Positions 45,659-56,223 of a DNA stretch of 64,000 nt are shown here, in pieces. Under the pieces are notes generated by a model. That model saw only the letters and a program-made list of their open reading frames with translations, had not been told where the DNA came from and did not search any database. How positions within the stretch are numbered: the stretch's first letter is position 1; each line of letters begins with the position of its first letter. The position numbers were made by a program, and so were the translations under genes. Source of the DNA: Promethearchaeota archaeon (GTDB taxonomy: Archaea > Asgardarchaeota > Lokiarchaeia > Sigyniarchaeales > SOKP01); the NCBI GenBank assembly GCA_016839915.1, contig JAEOTH010000109.1, positions 4,439 through 68,438 on the forward strand. Reading direction: 5' to 3'.

Positions 45659-47749
45659 TTAATATTCGACCCATATTGGTCCAGCATAAGATATTCTTCC
45701 ATTTTCTCCTACAACACGAATTAAATAATAGTCATAACCATTTGTATTTAGAGTGCTAGGGTCAATAGGATTATCACTGTATTGGTTAATATAGTAATTA
45801 TTTCCTCTCTTGATGCAACTATTTTCATATGAAGCCCCTGTTATAGGTTCACTATCTATTATCGTAAAGTTTACTATTGGTGAAGATATTTCTTGAGTGT
45901 GCCATAGCTTTCCATTTTTAATAATTTCAATATCTGCATTCCAATTCGGAATCCAATTTGATGTAACTGACGCAGCTTTAGATTTCTGTGCAACTGGTGC
46001 CCCATCTTGAACTAGAAAGACATTAATTTCTCTATGTTCAGTTGAATTGCTAGCTATAAATGTTGAACCATCTCCAACATGGGTTCCATTTATTTGAAAT
46101 GTCAGAATTGGACGTCCGTGGTCTGAATTCGCATAAATTCTTTGGTTTTCTAATCCACTAAAAACTCCTTCTCTTGTAAAATTATTCACATAAACAGCAG
46201 TCAAACCTCCAGGATAAGGATGTTCGTTTCGAGTATGCCATAAAGTATATGGTCGTTGATGTCCAATATAAGCTCTTGTATGGCTTAAACTATGACCTGG
46301 ATGACCATCATGTTCATCACTAGCAACATACATCGTCATTCTATGCCCCATGGTAAATGCATCAACAACAGAAGAACCGTTTGTGTAGGTGGGAGGTGGA
46401 TCAATAGCACCTACATAATTTAACTCATGACGTTGTTCAAATAGAAACTCTCCATGAACAGAAGATACTTCAGCGATCTTAACATATTTTGGGTTATTAT
46501 AAGTCCAATCTTGAATATAGGCCTCTTTAGTTGAATGATGTGGTAGTGCTAGTGCCCTTACTCCATGACTTGACGTGAAATCATCAAGAGTATTCCATAA
46601 TGCTTGGGGAGATTTAACAGTAAAATATGAGTCAAGTATGGGCGACTTTAATAACGTATTTCCACTGAAAATACAAACATAATGACCTGTTCTGACGCAA
46701 GTCCATTCTATTCCATGAAGTGTTACAAAATTATTAGGTTCATACCATTTATTAGTACTAGATTCAAGATCGTTAAGTGACCAGGGGGCAAATAGCATAA
46801 TCTCACCATGATCGGTTAATGCATTAAAATCTAGACACGCAATATACTTTGCATAATAAAACGAATGATCAGGTGTACCTGTACCATCAGATAGTTGAGA
46901 ATGAGTATGGATATCCCCCCATACTATGATTGGATCATTTGATGTGTAATTATTAATTATTATTGGATTACTATAGTATATATTCTTAGTTTGACTATCA
47001 TTAACCAAAATATAATGGAAACCGGGAGTAATAATACTTACTTGAAACACATGTCTCCCATTATCTTTTCCATCTCTTATTTCATAAGCAATATCAGATC
47101 CAAATACTTGACCTGTAAATGTATATGGATCTGGCAAATTGGCTTGAGTATTCATTATTGGATCATAATTTGTGAGATTAAATGACTCTAAAGAAAACTC
47201 AACTCTTCCTTTATATACAGCACTTAAACGTTCAAAAGGATCCCATGCCTCTACGGTAATATCAAACGTTTCATTAATTGAACCCATAGTAGGAGCATTC
47301 ACCCATAAGAGCCTAGGATGGTTATCAAACATTACACCCAAATCAATACTCACTGATGTCCATAAAGTAATGGGGATAAAAATTACTATTAATTCAATAG
47401 CCCTTTGTTTTTTTTTAGAAAATTTCTCATAACTCTGATACCATTGAGTAATTTTATTGACAGATATTTTTTTTCTTCTTAAAATATCTAAAATAAGCAA
47501 GAAAATTGAATAAGATATAATGAAGATCACAAAAAACCAGATTACAATGGGAAGAGGGGCAATTTCTTTATAAAAATGTACAAATATTGTAATAAAACCT
47601 ATTGCACTTGCTAATACAATTCCATTTCGTTTCCATGCTTTATCATTAAAGAAAATATAATATAAAACTCCAATAATTAAACCAATTACACACCAAAAAT
47701 ACCAAAGGAGAGTAACAATTCCAAATCCGTAAACCATTAATCTAGGCAT
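45659..47749 (-). CDS. Membrane-anchored PHP/CehA-like metallo-phosphoesterase-domain protein
   Basis: About 4 N-terminal TM segments, then WGDIHTHSQLSDGTG (PHP-type HxH..DG), LTDHG, HGIEW, LPHHS and DEHDGHPGH His clusters. Confidence 0.55.
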   Translation of the reverse strand: MPRLMVYGFGIVTLLWYFWCVIGLIIGVLYYIFFNDKAWKRNGIVLASAIGFITIFVHFYKEIAPLPIVIWFFVIFIISYSIFLLILDILRRKKISVNKITQWYQSYEKFSKKKQRAIELIVIFIPITLWTSVSIDLGVMFDNHPRLLWVNAPTMGSINETFDITVEAWDPFERLSAVYKGRVEFSLESFNLTNYDPIMNTQANLPDPYTFTGQVFGSDIAYEIRDGKDNGRHVFQVSIITPGFHYILVNDSQTKNIYYSNPIIINNYTSNDPIIVWGDIHTHSQLSDGTGTPDHSFYYAKYIACLDFNALTDHGEIMLFAPWSLNDLESSTNKWYEPNNFVTLHGIEWTCVRTGHYVCIFSGNTLLKSPILDSYFTVKSPQALWNTLDDFTSSHGVRALALPHHSTKEAYIQDWTYNNPKYVKIAEVSSVHGEFLFEQRHELNYVGAIDPPPTYTNGSSVVDAFTMGHRMTMYVASDEHDGHPGHSLSHTRAYIGHQRPYTLWHTRNEHPYPGGLTAVYVNNFTREGVFSGLENQRIYANSDHGRPILTFQINGTHVGDGSTFIASNSTEHREINVFLVQDGAPVAQKSKAASVTSNWIPNWNADIEIIKNGKLWHTQEISSPIVNFTIIDSEPITGASYENSCIKRGNNYYINQYSDNPIDPSTLNTNGYDYYLIRVVGENGRISYAGPIWVEY

Positions 47750-47914
47750 ACGTCTTAAACGAGACCATTCTCTTTTTGATGGTGATACTTTATTATTGTC
47801 TTGTTTTTTTTTTTTTTTTCATAACTCAAATTTTATTTAAGATGTTATTAAAAATTCCTATTTACAAAGATTTTTGAAACTTTTGTCTAATGATAAGTTT
47901 AAAACTAATTTATA

Positions 47915-49441
47915 CTATATTACCGATTTTCCTATAACACTTGAATGCGGTTTAATACCTAATAAATTTAAGAGAGTAGGTACCATATCTGTTGTTTTAC
48001 AATATGATAATTTCATTTGTGGAATTTCAGGTGAACCACCAACAATGAATGGAACAATCATTGAATCTCTAAGTCCATTATCATGAGAGTAAGGTGAAGC
48101 ACCTGTAGTTTTTCCATGCTCATAATTATAGTTATATTGTCCTAATGTCGAAACAATGATATCACAAGATCTAGGATTTTTGAAATAACGTGGAATTTGA
48201 TCAATTATTATTGGGAAGTTGATATGATTTGTGGCTTCTAACCATTCTTCTAATGTATGAAATCTATTGTCTAATATATTCGCTGATTTCTCATTATCAC
48301 TATAGTGATAAAAACCATTTCCTTCAAAAGTATATTTTGTTTGTTGATCTTTTCCATAACCTCGATATTCTATCATTCCATTTTTTTTTTCCCCTGATTC
48401 TTTTTCTAAATATTCAATGTGAATAATCCCTTTTTCTGGTTTATTATCATCATCCCTATAATACATATATTTAACTCCAGGTATTTTCCAAAGAGTATTA
48501 AATAAGTTCAATTCTATCTTTCTCACTCCACTAATCTTAAACTTTTGCATCTGCTGAATTGAAGGATGGTTCTGCCACGTATCCCCCGGAAAATTAAAGA
48601 AGCCAACTGAACCAAAATTACAATCAAAATCTCCTGACCCTTTTTCGGGAGTATAAGGTATTAATCCTTTTTGTTGAAAGAATGGTTCAAGGTTAAAGAC
48701 TTTCTTTGCTTTAAAATTACCATGATCAGAAACTAGACCAATCGCTGTAGAGTCATAATATCCCTTTTTTTTCAAGAAATTCATTAAAGATCCGAGATAT
48801 TTATCACAATCAATAATTAATTTGATATATTCAGGATGATTAAACCCTTTTTGATGCATGATATCATCTGTTTGAAAAACATAACCAACACTTAATATTG
48901 GGACTTCATTATTTGGAAAATAGTTCCTAGGATGTTCAAATGCATCTGCAATATTTTTAAAGATGCCCTCTACATCAAAAACACTTTTTCCAGCAATAAA
49001 ATAAGCTCCACGAAATAGAAAACAACTAGAACTTAAAATATTTCCTTGAGGTGCTTGTTCAAATATAGTTTTTACATTTTTTCCAATATCTTTATTCACT
49101 TTTAATAATTGCGATCTTTCTCCGTAATTACGAATAAAAGGAGATTTTTTACTCGTTGATGGTGGATCCGTCCTATTTAACCAGTGATACATTGGAACAG
49201 CACTTCCTTCTTTAGGATAATACCCTGAATAAGAACCAGTAACTATATTACCATAACATGGAAATGTAATAGCAGGATAAGAGGTAACACAGTTGGAACA
49301 CGAAACACCATTCCCTGCTATTTCTTTCATATTTGGAAGCTTTCCTTCACTTATCAATTTAAATAAATGTTCTGCACGAACATCATCAAGAATAATCAAA
49401 ACTATGTGGTTAACTTTTTTGTTTCTAACCATGATAATCAA
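47915..49441 (-). CDS. Alkaline-phosphatase-superfamily enzyme (nucleotide pyrophosphatase/phosphodiesterase-like)
   Basis: VLIILDDVRAEHL..GKLPNMKEI, SYPAITFPCYGNIVTG (nucleophile Thr region), SDHG, later YSHDNG. 508 aa. Confidence 0.65.
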   Translation of the reverse strand: MIIMVRNKKVNHIVLIILDDVRAEHLFKLISEGKLPNMKEIAGNGVSCSNCVTSYPAITFPCYGNIVTGSYSGYYPKEGSAVPMYHWLNRTDPPSTSKKSPFIRNYGERSQLLKVNKDIGKNVKTIFEQAPQGNILSSSCFLFRGAYFIAGKSVFDVEGIFKNIADAFEHPRNYFPNNEVPILSVGYVFQTDDIMHQKGFNHPEYIKLIIDCDKYLGSLMNFLKKKGYYDSTAIGLVSDHGNFKAKKVFNLEPFFQQKGLIPYTPEKGSGDFDCNFGSVGFFNFPGDTWQNHPSIQQMQKFKISGVRKIELNLFNTLWKIPGVKYMYYRDDDNKPEKGIIHIEYLEKESGEKKNGMIEYRGYGKDQQTKYTFEGNGFYHYSDNEKSANILDNRFHTLEEWLEATNHINFPIIIDQIPRYFKNPRSCDIIVSTLGQYNYNYEHGKTTGASPYSHDNGLRDSMIVPFIVGGSPEIPQMKLSYCKTTDMVPTLLNLLGIKPHSSVIGKSVI

Positions 49442-49573
49442 CTAATAGTCAATTTAATTTTAAATTTTTTAGCTGCATAAATAATATATTAAAAATCAGA
49501 GTTAAAATTTGAAATTTAAACTTTTCCTTTTTAATCGTAAAATTTTAGTTTCAGTACACATTTTTCCGATTCA

Positions 49574-50674
49574 ATGAGTGAATCTGTAGAACATAATTTC
49601 ATTGTAGGAATTTTTGGAGAAAATTTAGAACACAATAAACTTATAGGACAAGCATTAGGTGCTCCTGATACAAGATCAGATATCCAATTTTTTAATAGAC
49701 TTGATTCTGAGCTAAACCAAGTATTTTGTGCCTTAACTCCCTTAGATTATCCTGATAAAATTAAACCATTCTTACAAACACTAGTCTTAACTAATATTCA
49801 CATTTTAGTTATAGATTTAGATATTGGCTTAAACTCTGTTATTGGTGAAATAATCGTTGGAATGGATTTATTTCACCAATTATTTAATAGCAAAGAATTA
49901 GTAATTATTTCTGGAATTAATTCAAATAATGAATGGAAATTATTAGACTTTAAAGATAAAATTAAAAAAATTATTGATACAACAAGTTTAAAAGATGCAG
50001 AAATATTCGATATAAAGAATAAAGAAGATTACATTACGTTGAAAAAGAAAATAATGGAAATTCATTCAGATAATCAAGAATTAAATGTAGAAATTAATGG
50101 AATTACAAAAATTTTGATAGATCATGCTTTTCCAGTAAAGGGCATTGGAACAGTTATTTTAGGAATCATCAAGGAAGGGAGAGTAAGCAGTGGTCAGATG
50201 TTGGAATTAACAGGATATAATGGCCCAAGTAGAAAAGTTATTATTCGAAGTATCCAAAAACATGATCGAGATTTTAAAACGGCTATTAAAGGTGATCGGG
50301 TTGGTCTTGCTTTAAAAGGTAATATTTCCGCAGATGAAATCAGTAGAGACAATATTTTAACTAATCAAGGATTATACAAATCAGAAAACCAAATTAAAGC
50401 ACGGGTCTTTATCAATCAATTTTATAAACCAAAGAATAACATCATTAAGCCAGGTAATGGAATTCAATATAATACATTAGTAGATTTAAAATCTACACCA
50501 TTTAAATTTACTTATGGAGAAGAAATCCCTCCTGGAAGTTTTGGAATAGTTAATATGAAATTTGATAAATTTCTTTATCATAATGGCTCCGGATTAAAAG
50601 GAATTATAACAGATTTTAATCGATTTGATAATAAACTGAGAATCGTAGGGTATTTTGATCAATTATTAAAATAA
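49574..50674 (+). CDS. EF-Tu/EF1A/SelB-like protein with degenerate GTPase domain
   Basis: Domain-2 barrel block AFPVKGIGTVILGIIKEGRVSSGQMLEL...IRSIQKHDRDFKTAIKGDRVGLALKG. The P-loop position reads VGIFGENLEHNK instead of GHVDHGKS, and no NKxD was seen. Confidence 0.6.
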   Translation: MSESVEHNFIVGIFGENLEHNKLIGQALGAPDTRSDIQFFNRLDSELNQVFCALTPLDYPDKIKPFLQTLVLTNIHILVIDLDIGLNSVIGEIIVGMDLFHQLFNSKELVIISGINSNNEWKLLDFKDKIKKIIDTTSLKDAEIFDIKNKEDYITLKKKIMEIHSDNQELNVEINGITKILIDHAFPVKGIGTVILGIIKEGRVSSGQMLELTGYNGPSRKVIIRSIQKHDRDFKTAIKGDRVGLALKGNISADEISRDNILTNQGLYKSENQIKARVFINQFYKPKNNIIKPGNGIQYNTLVDLKSTPFKFTYGEEIPPGSFGIVNMKFDKFLYHNGSGLKGIITDFNRFDNKLRIVGYFDQLLK

Positions 50675-50863
50675 AAATTTTATATTCTTCTAACTATTAA
50701 GCCAATTAAATATACAATAAGGATATATCAAGGATTATTAAAATTACTTGAATAATTTCGGTGCTCCAACTTATCTTTATCTATTCTTTGATAATAATTT
50801 ATATAAATTTTAAATAAAATATTGTTGTATAGAATTTGAATTTCAAATCTTTGTTCATCGAAA

Positions 50864-51925
50864 ATGGATACTACTCATAAAGTATTTTTCAAAAATTCAT
50901 CAGATATGAGTGAACTAGAATCTAATTCTGTAGATTTGATGATAACTTCACCCCCTTATCCTATGATTGAGATGTGGGATTCATTATTTTCTTCTTTGAA
51001 TGATGAAATTAAACAAGGACTTGAAAAAGAAAATGGTAAAATAGCATTTGACTTAATGCATGCCGAATTAGAGAAAGTGTGGAGTGAAACGGCTCGAGTT
51101 TTAAAATCAGGAGGAATTGCATGTGTGAATATTGGAGATGCTACACGAAAAATTGGAGAAAGCTTTCAATTATTTCCTAATCATGTTAAAATTACCAACT
51201 ACTTCCACAAAAATAATTTTATTGTATTACCAAGTATCTTATGGCGAAAACCAACAAACAGTCCAAACAAATTTATGGGTTCCGGTATGCTACCTCCAAA
51301 CGCTTATGTTACACTTGAACATGAATATATTTTAATTTTCAGGAAGGGAAATGTTAAACGAAATATAATCCCGAAATGTAATAACAGATATCATAGTGCT
51401 TTTTTTTGGGAAGAGAGGAATAAGTGGTTTTCAGATTTATGGGAGAATATTAGAGGAGCCTCTCAGAAGATAAATTTAGAAAGAAGTATTCACGAAAAAT
51501 TAAGGAAAAGATCTGGTGCTTTCCCATTAGAATTGCCTTATCGTTTGATTAATATGTTTTCAATTTATGAAGATATAGTTTTAGATCCCTTCTGGGGAAC
51601 AGGTACAACTTCATTAGCTGCGATGGTATCCGCAAGAAATTCAATAGGGTATGAGATTAACCCTGAATTTATGGATATATTTAAAAAAAGCACAAAGAAA
51701 CTCAAACAATTGAATATTAACATTAATAGAGATAGATTAAATCAACATATTGAATTTGTTAAAAGATATAAGAAGAAAGTTAAAGATATTAAATATAGTT
51801 CAGTATACTATAGATTTCCTGTTATAACTAAACAAGAGGTAAATATGTTATTATACTCTATAAATAATTATAGTGAAGAAGGGAACAAATTTATTCTTAG
51901 CAATCAAAAATTTGAATTTGTATAG
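50864..51925 (+). CDS. DNA methyltransferase, beta class (N4-C/N6-A; motif IV before motif I)
   Basis: SPPYP (motif IV) at aa ~29, DPFWGTGTT (motif I, FxGxG) at aa ~240. This is the PF01555-like order. Confidence 0.8.
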   Translation: MDTTHKVFFKNSSDMSELESNSVDLMITSPPYPMIEMWDSLFSSLNDEIKQGLEKENGKIAFDLMHAELEKVWSETARVLKSGGIACVNIGDATRKIGESFQLFPNHVKITNYFHKNNFIVLPSILWRKPTNSPNKFMGSGMLPPNAYVTLEHEYILIFRKGNVKRNIIPKCNNRYHSAFFWEERNKWFSDLWENIRGASQKINLERSIHEKLRKRSGAFPLELPYRLINMFSIYEDIVLDPFWGTGTTSLAAMVSARNSIGYEINPEFMDIFKKSTKKLKQLNININRDRLNQHIEFVKRYKKKVKDIKYSSVYYRFPVITKQEVNMLLYSINNYSEEGNKFILSNQKFEFV

Positions 51926-52018
51926 TAAATAAATAATAAAATCCTTTCTCGAGCAGAGTATTCATCAATTAACTCCCCATAAAGGGTTTTTTAATTGAAT
52001 CATTAATTTGGATTTATT

Positions 52019-52879
52019 TCACTTACAATCTTCTGCTTGCTGGAGATTAATTTTCATAAAAGCTTCTTCTTGAGCATTTCGTTGTTCTGATTTCACAGAT
52101 CTATTTACTTGATGCAAATGTTTCATAGCATCGTTTTTTCCTAGTTTAATATTTTCAATTAGTTCTTCTTTACTATAACCACCAGAAATAACCAGAGCCG
52201 TTTGAAATGTATGATCAGGTTCCAAAGTCATAAATTCAATCTGCAAAGCAGATAAAAGTTCTCCTTGTCCTTTATGTAAAGAATTAGAGAGATTTAATTT
52301 ATTTTGATCGATTTTAAAATCTTTAGTTAAACATGTCTCATAGTTCGTTGATTTAGATATAGGAGAAAATCCACCATATAGACTAGTGTCATCATATTGG
52401 TAAATAATATCATTTTCTTCATCGTATCCGGATAGATCATTATCATAACCTGCAAGTCCATTTATATCAAAATCAAAAACAAAATACATTGAAAAATCTC
52501 TCAAAGCAAAATCTGAAATATTTTTTATAGTGAAAAATGTTGAAATATAGGGAACTTTCGGGGGATTAAAAATATCTTTGTATACACGAACAAATTGCTT
52601 CTTCTCTAAAGAGATCGATTCTATTTTTTGTTCATGAGCTAATTTCTTAAGATACTCTGTAATATTAAAATCTAAAGTAATTCTACTAATTGCAGTGCCT
52701 TTACGAGTGTTAACTAAATTATAAATCGGAGTGGGCTCAATATTTTTTAGAATCACTGGAATAGTGCCAATTTTCTTTCCTTCTAGTGCAAAACTGAACC
52801 AAGGACCAGTTAATTCTTGTTCACTAAGATAAATGAGGTATTTGTTTTTATATGTAAGTTCTTTAATTGAAAAACCCAT
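52019..52879 (-). CDS. Hypothetical protein
   Basis: 286-aa ORF convergent with the methyltransferase. No nuclease or other motif recognised. Confidence 0.45.
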   Translation of the reverse strand: MGFSIKELTYKNKYLIYLSEQELTGPWFSFALEGKKIGTIPVILKNIEPTPIYNLVNTRKGTAISRITLDFNITEYLKKLAHEQKIESISLEKKQFVRVYKDIFNPPKVPYISTFFTIKNISDFALRDFSMYFVFDFDINGLAGYDNDLSGYDEENDIIYQYDDTSLYGGFSPISKSTNYETCLTKDFKIDQNKLNLSNSLHKGQGELLSALQIEFMTLEPDHTFQTALVISGGYSKEELIENIKLGKNDAMKHLHQVNRSVKSEQRNAQEEAFMKINLQQAEDCK

Positions 52880-53044
52880 AACATATCCAGCAACGTTTCA
52901 CAAGGCAAAGATTTCATTGAATATAATTTTTAGTACTATTTTTTTTTAACCTCCTTCAATTTAATTTCAAATCTTTTTTATGATACAGATAGTATATCAT
53001 TTATTAAAAAAATGAGACTTATAAAAAAGTTTGTAATGAAAGGT

Positions 53045-54022
53045 TTAAAGGTTTTCTACAACTCTATATGCAATATATAAGAACGCATCATTAACATTTT
53101 CCCCTGTTAAAGCGGATGTAAGAATGTAATGAAATCCAAATTGCTTAGCAACCGTCTTTATTTCTTCTTCACTAATAACTATATCATTGGTTAGATCTGA
53201 TTTGTTTCCAACAATAACTATTGGGATATTTCTTGGTACTGATTTTTTAACATCATTAAACCATTTTTCAACACTTTTCAAATTATTTGGACGAGTTCTA
53301 TCAATTACGATGAATCCAGCGTTAGCCCCGTTATAAAATTTTGCCCGATTTAACAAAAATTGTTCTTGCCCTCCTATATCCCATATTATAAAGTTTAGTT
53401 TTGTCGTTTCACTTAGAAGTATGGTTTTCTTGCTAAGTTGTACACCTATCGTTGAGATGTAATCTCTTTCAAATCTATTTTCAACAAATCGTCTAATTAA
53501 AGATGTTTTACCAACTTGATAATCTCCAGTCAATATTAATTTGTTTGAATATTCCCCTGCTAAATTTGGAAGTTGACCTCCTCGAGTCTTTGACAATGCT
53601 TTTATAATTTCAGGTATTTTTGGTGATACATATTGATTTCCAAGTAATATAAGTTCAACTTTTGAAGCTATATGCTCAGAATACACCTTTAATTCAATAT
53701 CAGCAGTGGATTGTTTCGCTAAAGTGGATAATATTGAATTTGGACCCATCGAACAAAATATAAATTTTCGGTCTCCTGTTTCTGTGATATTAAAAAAATT
53801 ATCTGTTGTTCCAAATTCTGCTTTAATTCTGTCTATGTAAGTATCTAGCATAGCAGTAAGAGCACCAATAATTGCATCAGATTCTTCTTCATTTTCTTGT
53901 TTTGACTCTGAAGCTATAATGAAACCATTCCTATCGCAAATGGCAACTCCTAAAATATTTACTTCATTGGAATAATTTTTTAAAATTTCTTTAAGAAGCT
54001 TAGTACTTGGAAGCCGTTCCAT
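53045..54022 (-). CDS. Roadblock/LC7 domain fused to a Ras/Rab-like small GTPase
   Basis: N-terminal ~130 aa are Roadblock (VAICDRNGFIIASES..GALTAML..FIFCSMGPNSILSTLA). The C-terminus carries G1 GDYQVGKTS, G3 WDIGGQE, G4 GNKSDL and G5 TSAL. Confidence 0.85.
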   Translation of the reverse strand: MERLPSTKLLKEILKNYSNEVNILGVAICDRNGFIIASESKQENEEESDAIIGALTAMLDTYIDRIKAEFGTTDNFFNITETGDRKFIFCSMGPNSILSTLAKQSTADIELKVYSEHIASKVELILLGNQYVSPKIPEIIKALSKTRGGQLPNLAGEYSNKLILTGDYQVGKTSLIRRFVENRFERDYISTIGVQLSKKTILLSETTKLNFIIWDIGGQEQFLLNRAKFYNGANAGFIVIDRTRPNNLKSVEKWFNDVKKSVPRNIPIVIVGNKSDLTNDIVISEEEIKTVAKQFGFHYILTSALTGENVNDAFLYIAYRVVENL

Positions 54023-54163
54023 TGGTAATTAATCCTTTTTTTATATATTGCTAGACATTCCTAGATAATATAAATATAAGTATTTGGATAATATTAAAAA
54101 AATATCTAAGCCCAGTTCTAAATACCATTCTATTTTAAATTTATATTCCACCTTTTTCCAATT

Positions 54164-54337
54164 ATGATAAGTGATTCAACATATAAAGATAAAGAAAAAG
54201 ACATATTGTATTATGAGGAAAATATTGCTAAAATCTTAGATCGCGCAGTTAAACTCTTTAGAAGAACGAATCTTGAAGAGCTCGCAGAAAAATGGGATCG
54301 GATTTTAAAAACTTACAATTCAAAAAAGCATCAATAA
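54164..54337 (+). CDS. Possible small protein (57 aa)
   Basis: Own translation: MISDSTYKDKEKDILYYEENIAKILDRAVKLFRRTNLEELAEKWDRILKTYNSKKHQ. No homology support. Confidence 0.25.
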   Translation: MISDSTYKDKEKDILYYEENIAKILDRAVKLFRRTNLEELAEKWDRILKTYNSKKHQ

Positions 54338-54345
54338 CTTAAAAT

Positions 54346-56223
54346 TTAACGGCTTAACTTTTCAATATAATCCAGTATATATTTCTGACTATTTTCAGAA
54401 ATCTGATATAAATCAAAAACTAGAAAATCGATGGTTTGTTGTAGATGTTCTAATTCACCTGAGTTTTCTAAAAGTTGTTTGACACTTTCTATTATTTTTT
54501 TGGCGATCTCTTTTTCCTTATTAGTAATAGGGATTTTAATTGGAAAATCTTTTATTTTTTCTATTAAAATTCTTGGAAATAATTTTTTATATGTTCCAAA
54601 CGATTTTATGAAATAATATGAAAAAAGGATTGAATTAATCAGTCCTAACAAATAAAAATTATTAAATTCAGAAATATCAGATTTTATGATCTTTAGATTA
54701 TAAAAAGATTGAGACGTTAATGATAGTTTTTTATCATAAGTGGCACAAATTTTATTGTTTTGGCTAATTTGTCTTATAACTATACGATCTTCATAGATCT
54801 TTAAGTTTTTATAATTTATTCCAACTTTAGAAGTATCAATAAACTTATATTGAGTTTTCTGATAACGTTTGATAGAGTATAGGAATAAATGGAAATTTTT
54901 TTTAATCGCATCTGTCGGGATTGTATTATAAATTATGCTTTCAATGTTTTTTTCATTGAGGTCTGAGCTACACATACGACATTTCAACCTATTTTGAGGA
55001 ACTGGTAAATATTTATTACAGGTTTCACAATATATTACATTTCCTGTCTTAGTTAACTCAACTCCTCGTCCTAATATAAATTTAATATTATACTTCTTGG
55101 TCAAATCCAGTAATTTGGGAAAATTTGTGTTTAAATGCTCAAGAATTGCAAAATCAATTTCTTTTAAATCTATTAAGAATTTATAGTCCCATTTTTCGAT
55201 AGTATACTGTGAGATAGTTTCTTCGTGTTGAGTTGTCAATTTTAATTTAATCTGGTTATTTTTTCTTTCCTGTATATTATTTTCCTTTTCTAAAATTATG
55301 ATGATATTTGAAACAACTGGTTCATCGAATCTTGGCCCTGTATGATAAATCTCTTTAATTTTTGTGTTATCGTATATATGTTTCCGAATAAGTGATCGAT
55401 TTGAAAGAACTAAAATTGAATCTGGCACTATATAACCAAACATACCATTTGGCACTAAAATATCTATTCCAAGTTCTATAAATAGCTGATAATAATCAAA
55501 TTGACCATTATTAGTTTTAAAATTCATACCTTCAATGATTTGTTTTTGGTCATAAGAAATATCCCTAATAAATAAATAAGGAGGGTTTCCTACTACATAA
55601 TCATATTTTTCTCTATAATTAATAGCCAGTGCATTATCATTTTTTATATTGAACCAAGGTAACCGGTAATCGGGCTCAAACGATAAAACTAAATTCAATA
55701 ATTCAAATAAGGTAAATTGGATATTAATCTGACATAAAATACACGCAGTTCGGTTAATATCCATCCCAAAAATATTCTTTTTAATTGCAAATATTATATT
55801 GGTAGCTTCATTACATGTTAATTCTGAAATATTTTCTTTTTTATAGATTTTAAGATATCTCTTGATTAAAATTCTAGTTATCTGGACAATAAAACTTCCA
55901 GAACCACAACTTATATCAATTATTTTTTTTGTTTCAATATTTTTGAGATAATTATAATCCACAGCGTCTAAGATGTATTTAACTACGGGAGATGGAGTAT
56001 AAAATTCACCTAATTTTTTCTTTTCTCTATGATTTCGGAAATCTTCATAGATTTTACTAAATACATCATACTGTATCACTTTTTCAGAACTTTTTAATTT
56101 AATACTTTCAATTATCCTCTTTAAAAAATTATCATCAATCTGGTCATTTAACTCAATTTTGTATAATTGCTTTAAATTTCCAATAATGTTTTCCTTTTTC
56201 AGATAATCAATAAAATTTTGCAT
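54346..56223 (-). CDS. N6-adenine DNA methyltransferase, gamma class (Eco57I/TaqI-like) with Zn-ribbon-containing target-recognition region
   Basis: GEFYTP, IIDISCGSGSF (motif I), VVGNPPYLF (motif IV), CETC..x..CRMC ribbon. 625 aa with no obvious nuclease motif. Confidence 0.8.
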   Translation of the reverse strand: MQNFIDYLKKENIIGNLKQLYKIELNDQIDDNFLKRIIESIKLKSSEKVIQYDVFSKIYEDFRNHREKKKLGEFYTPSPVVKYILDAVDYNYLKNIETKKIIDISCGSGSFIVQITRILIKRYLKIYKKENISELTCNEATNIIFAIKKNIFGMDINRTACILCQINIQFTLFELLNLVLSFEPDYRLPWFNIKNDNALAINYREKYDYVVGNPPYLFIRDISYDQKQIIEGMNFKTNNGQFDYYQLFIELGIDILVPNGMFGYIVPDSILVLSNRSLIRKHIYDNTKIKEIYHTGPRFDEPVVSNIIIILEKENNIQERKNNQIKLKLTTQHEETISQYTIEKWDYKFLIDLKEIDFAILEHLNTNFPKLLDLTKKYNIKFILGRGVELTKTGNVIYCETCNKYLPVPQNRLKCRMCSSDLNEKNIESIIYNTIPTDAIKKNFHLFLYSIKRYQKTQYKFIDTSKVGINYKNLKIYEDRIVIRQISQNNKICATYDKKLSLTSQSFYNLKIIKSDISEFNNFYLLGLINSILFSYYFIKSFGTYKKLFPRILIEKIKDFPIKIPITNKEKEIAKKIIESVKQLLENSGELEHLQQTIDFLVFDLYQISENSQKYILDYIEKLSR

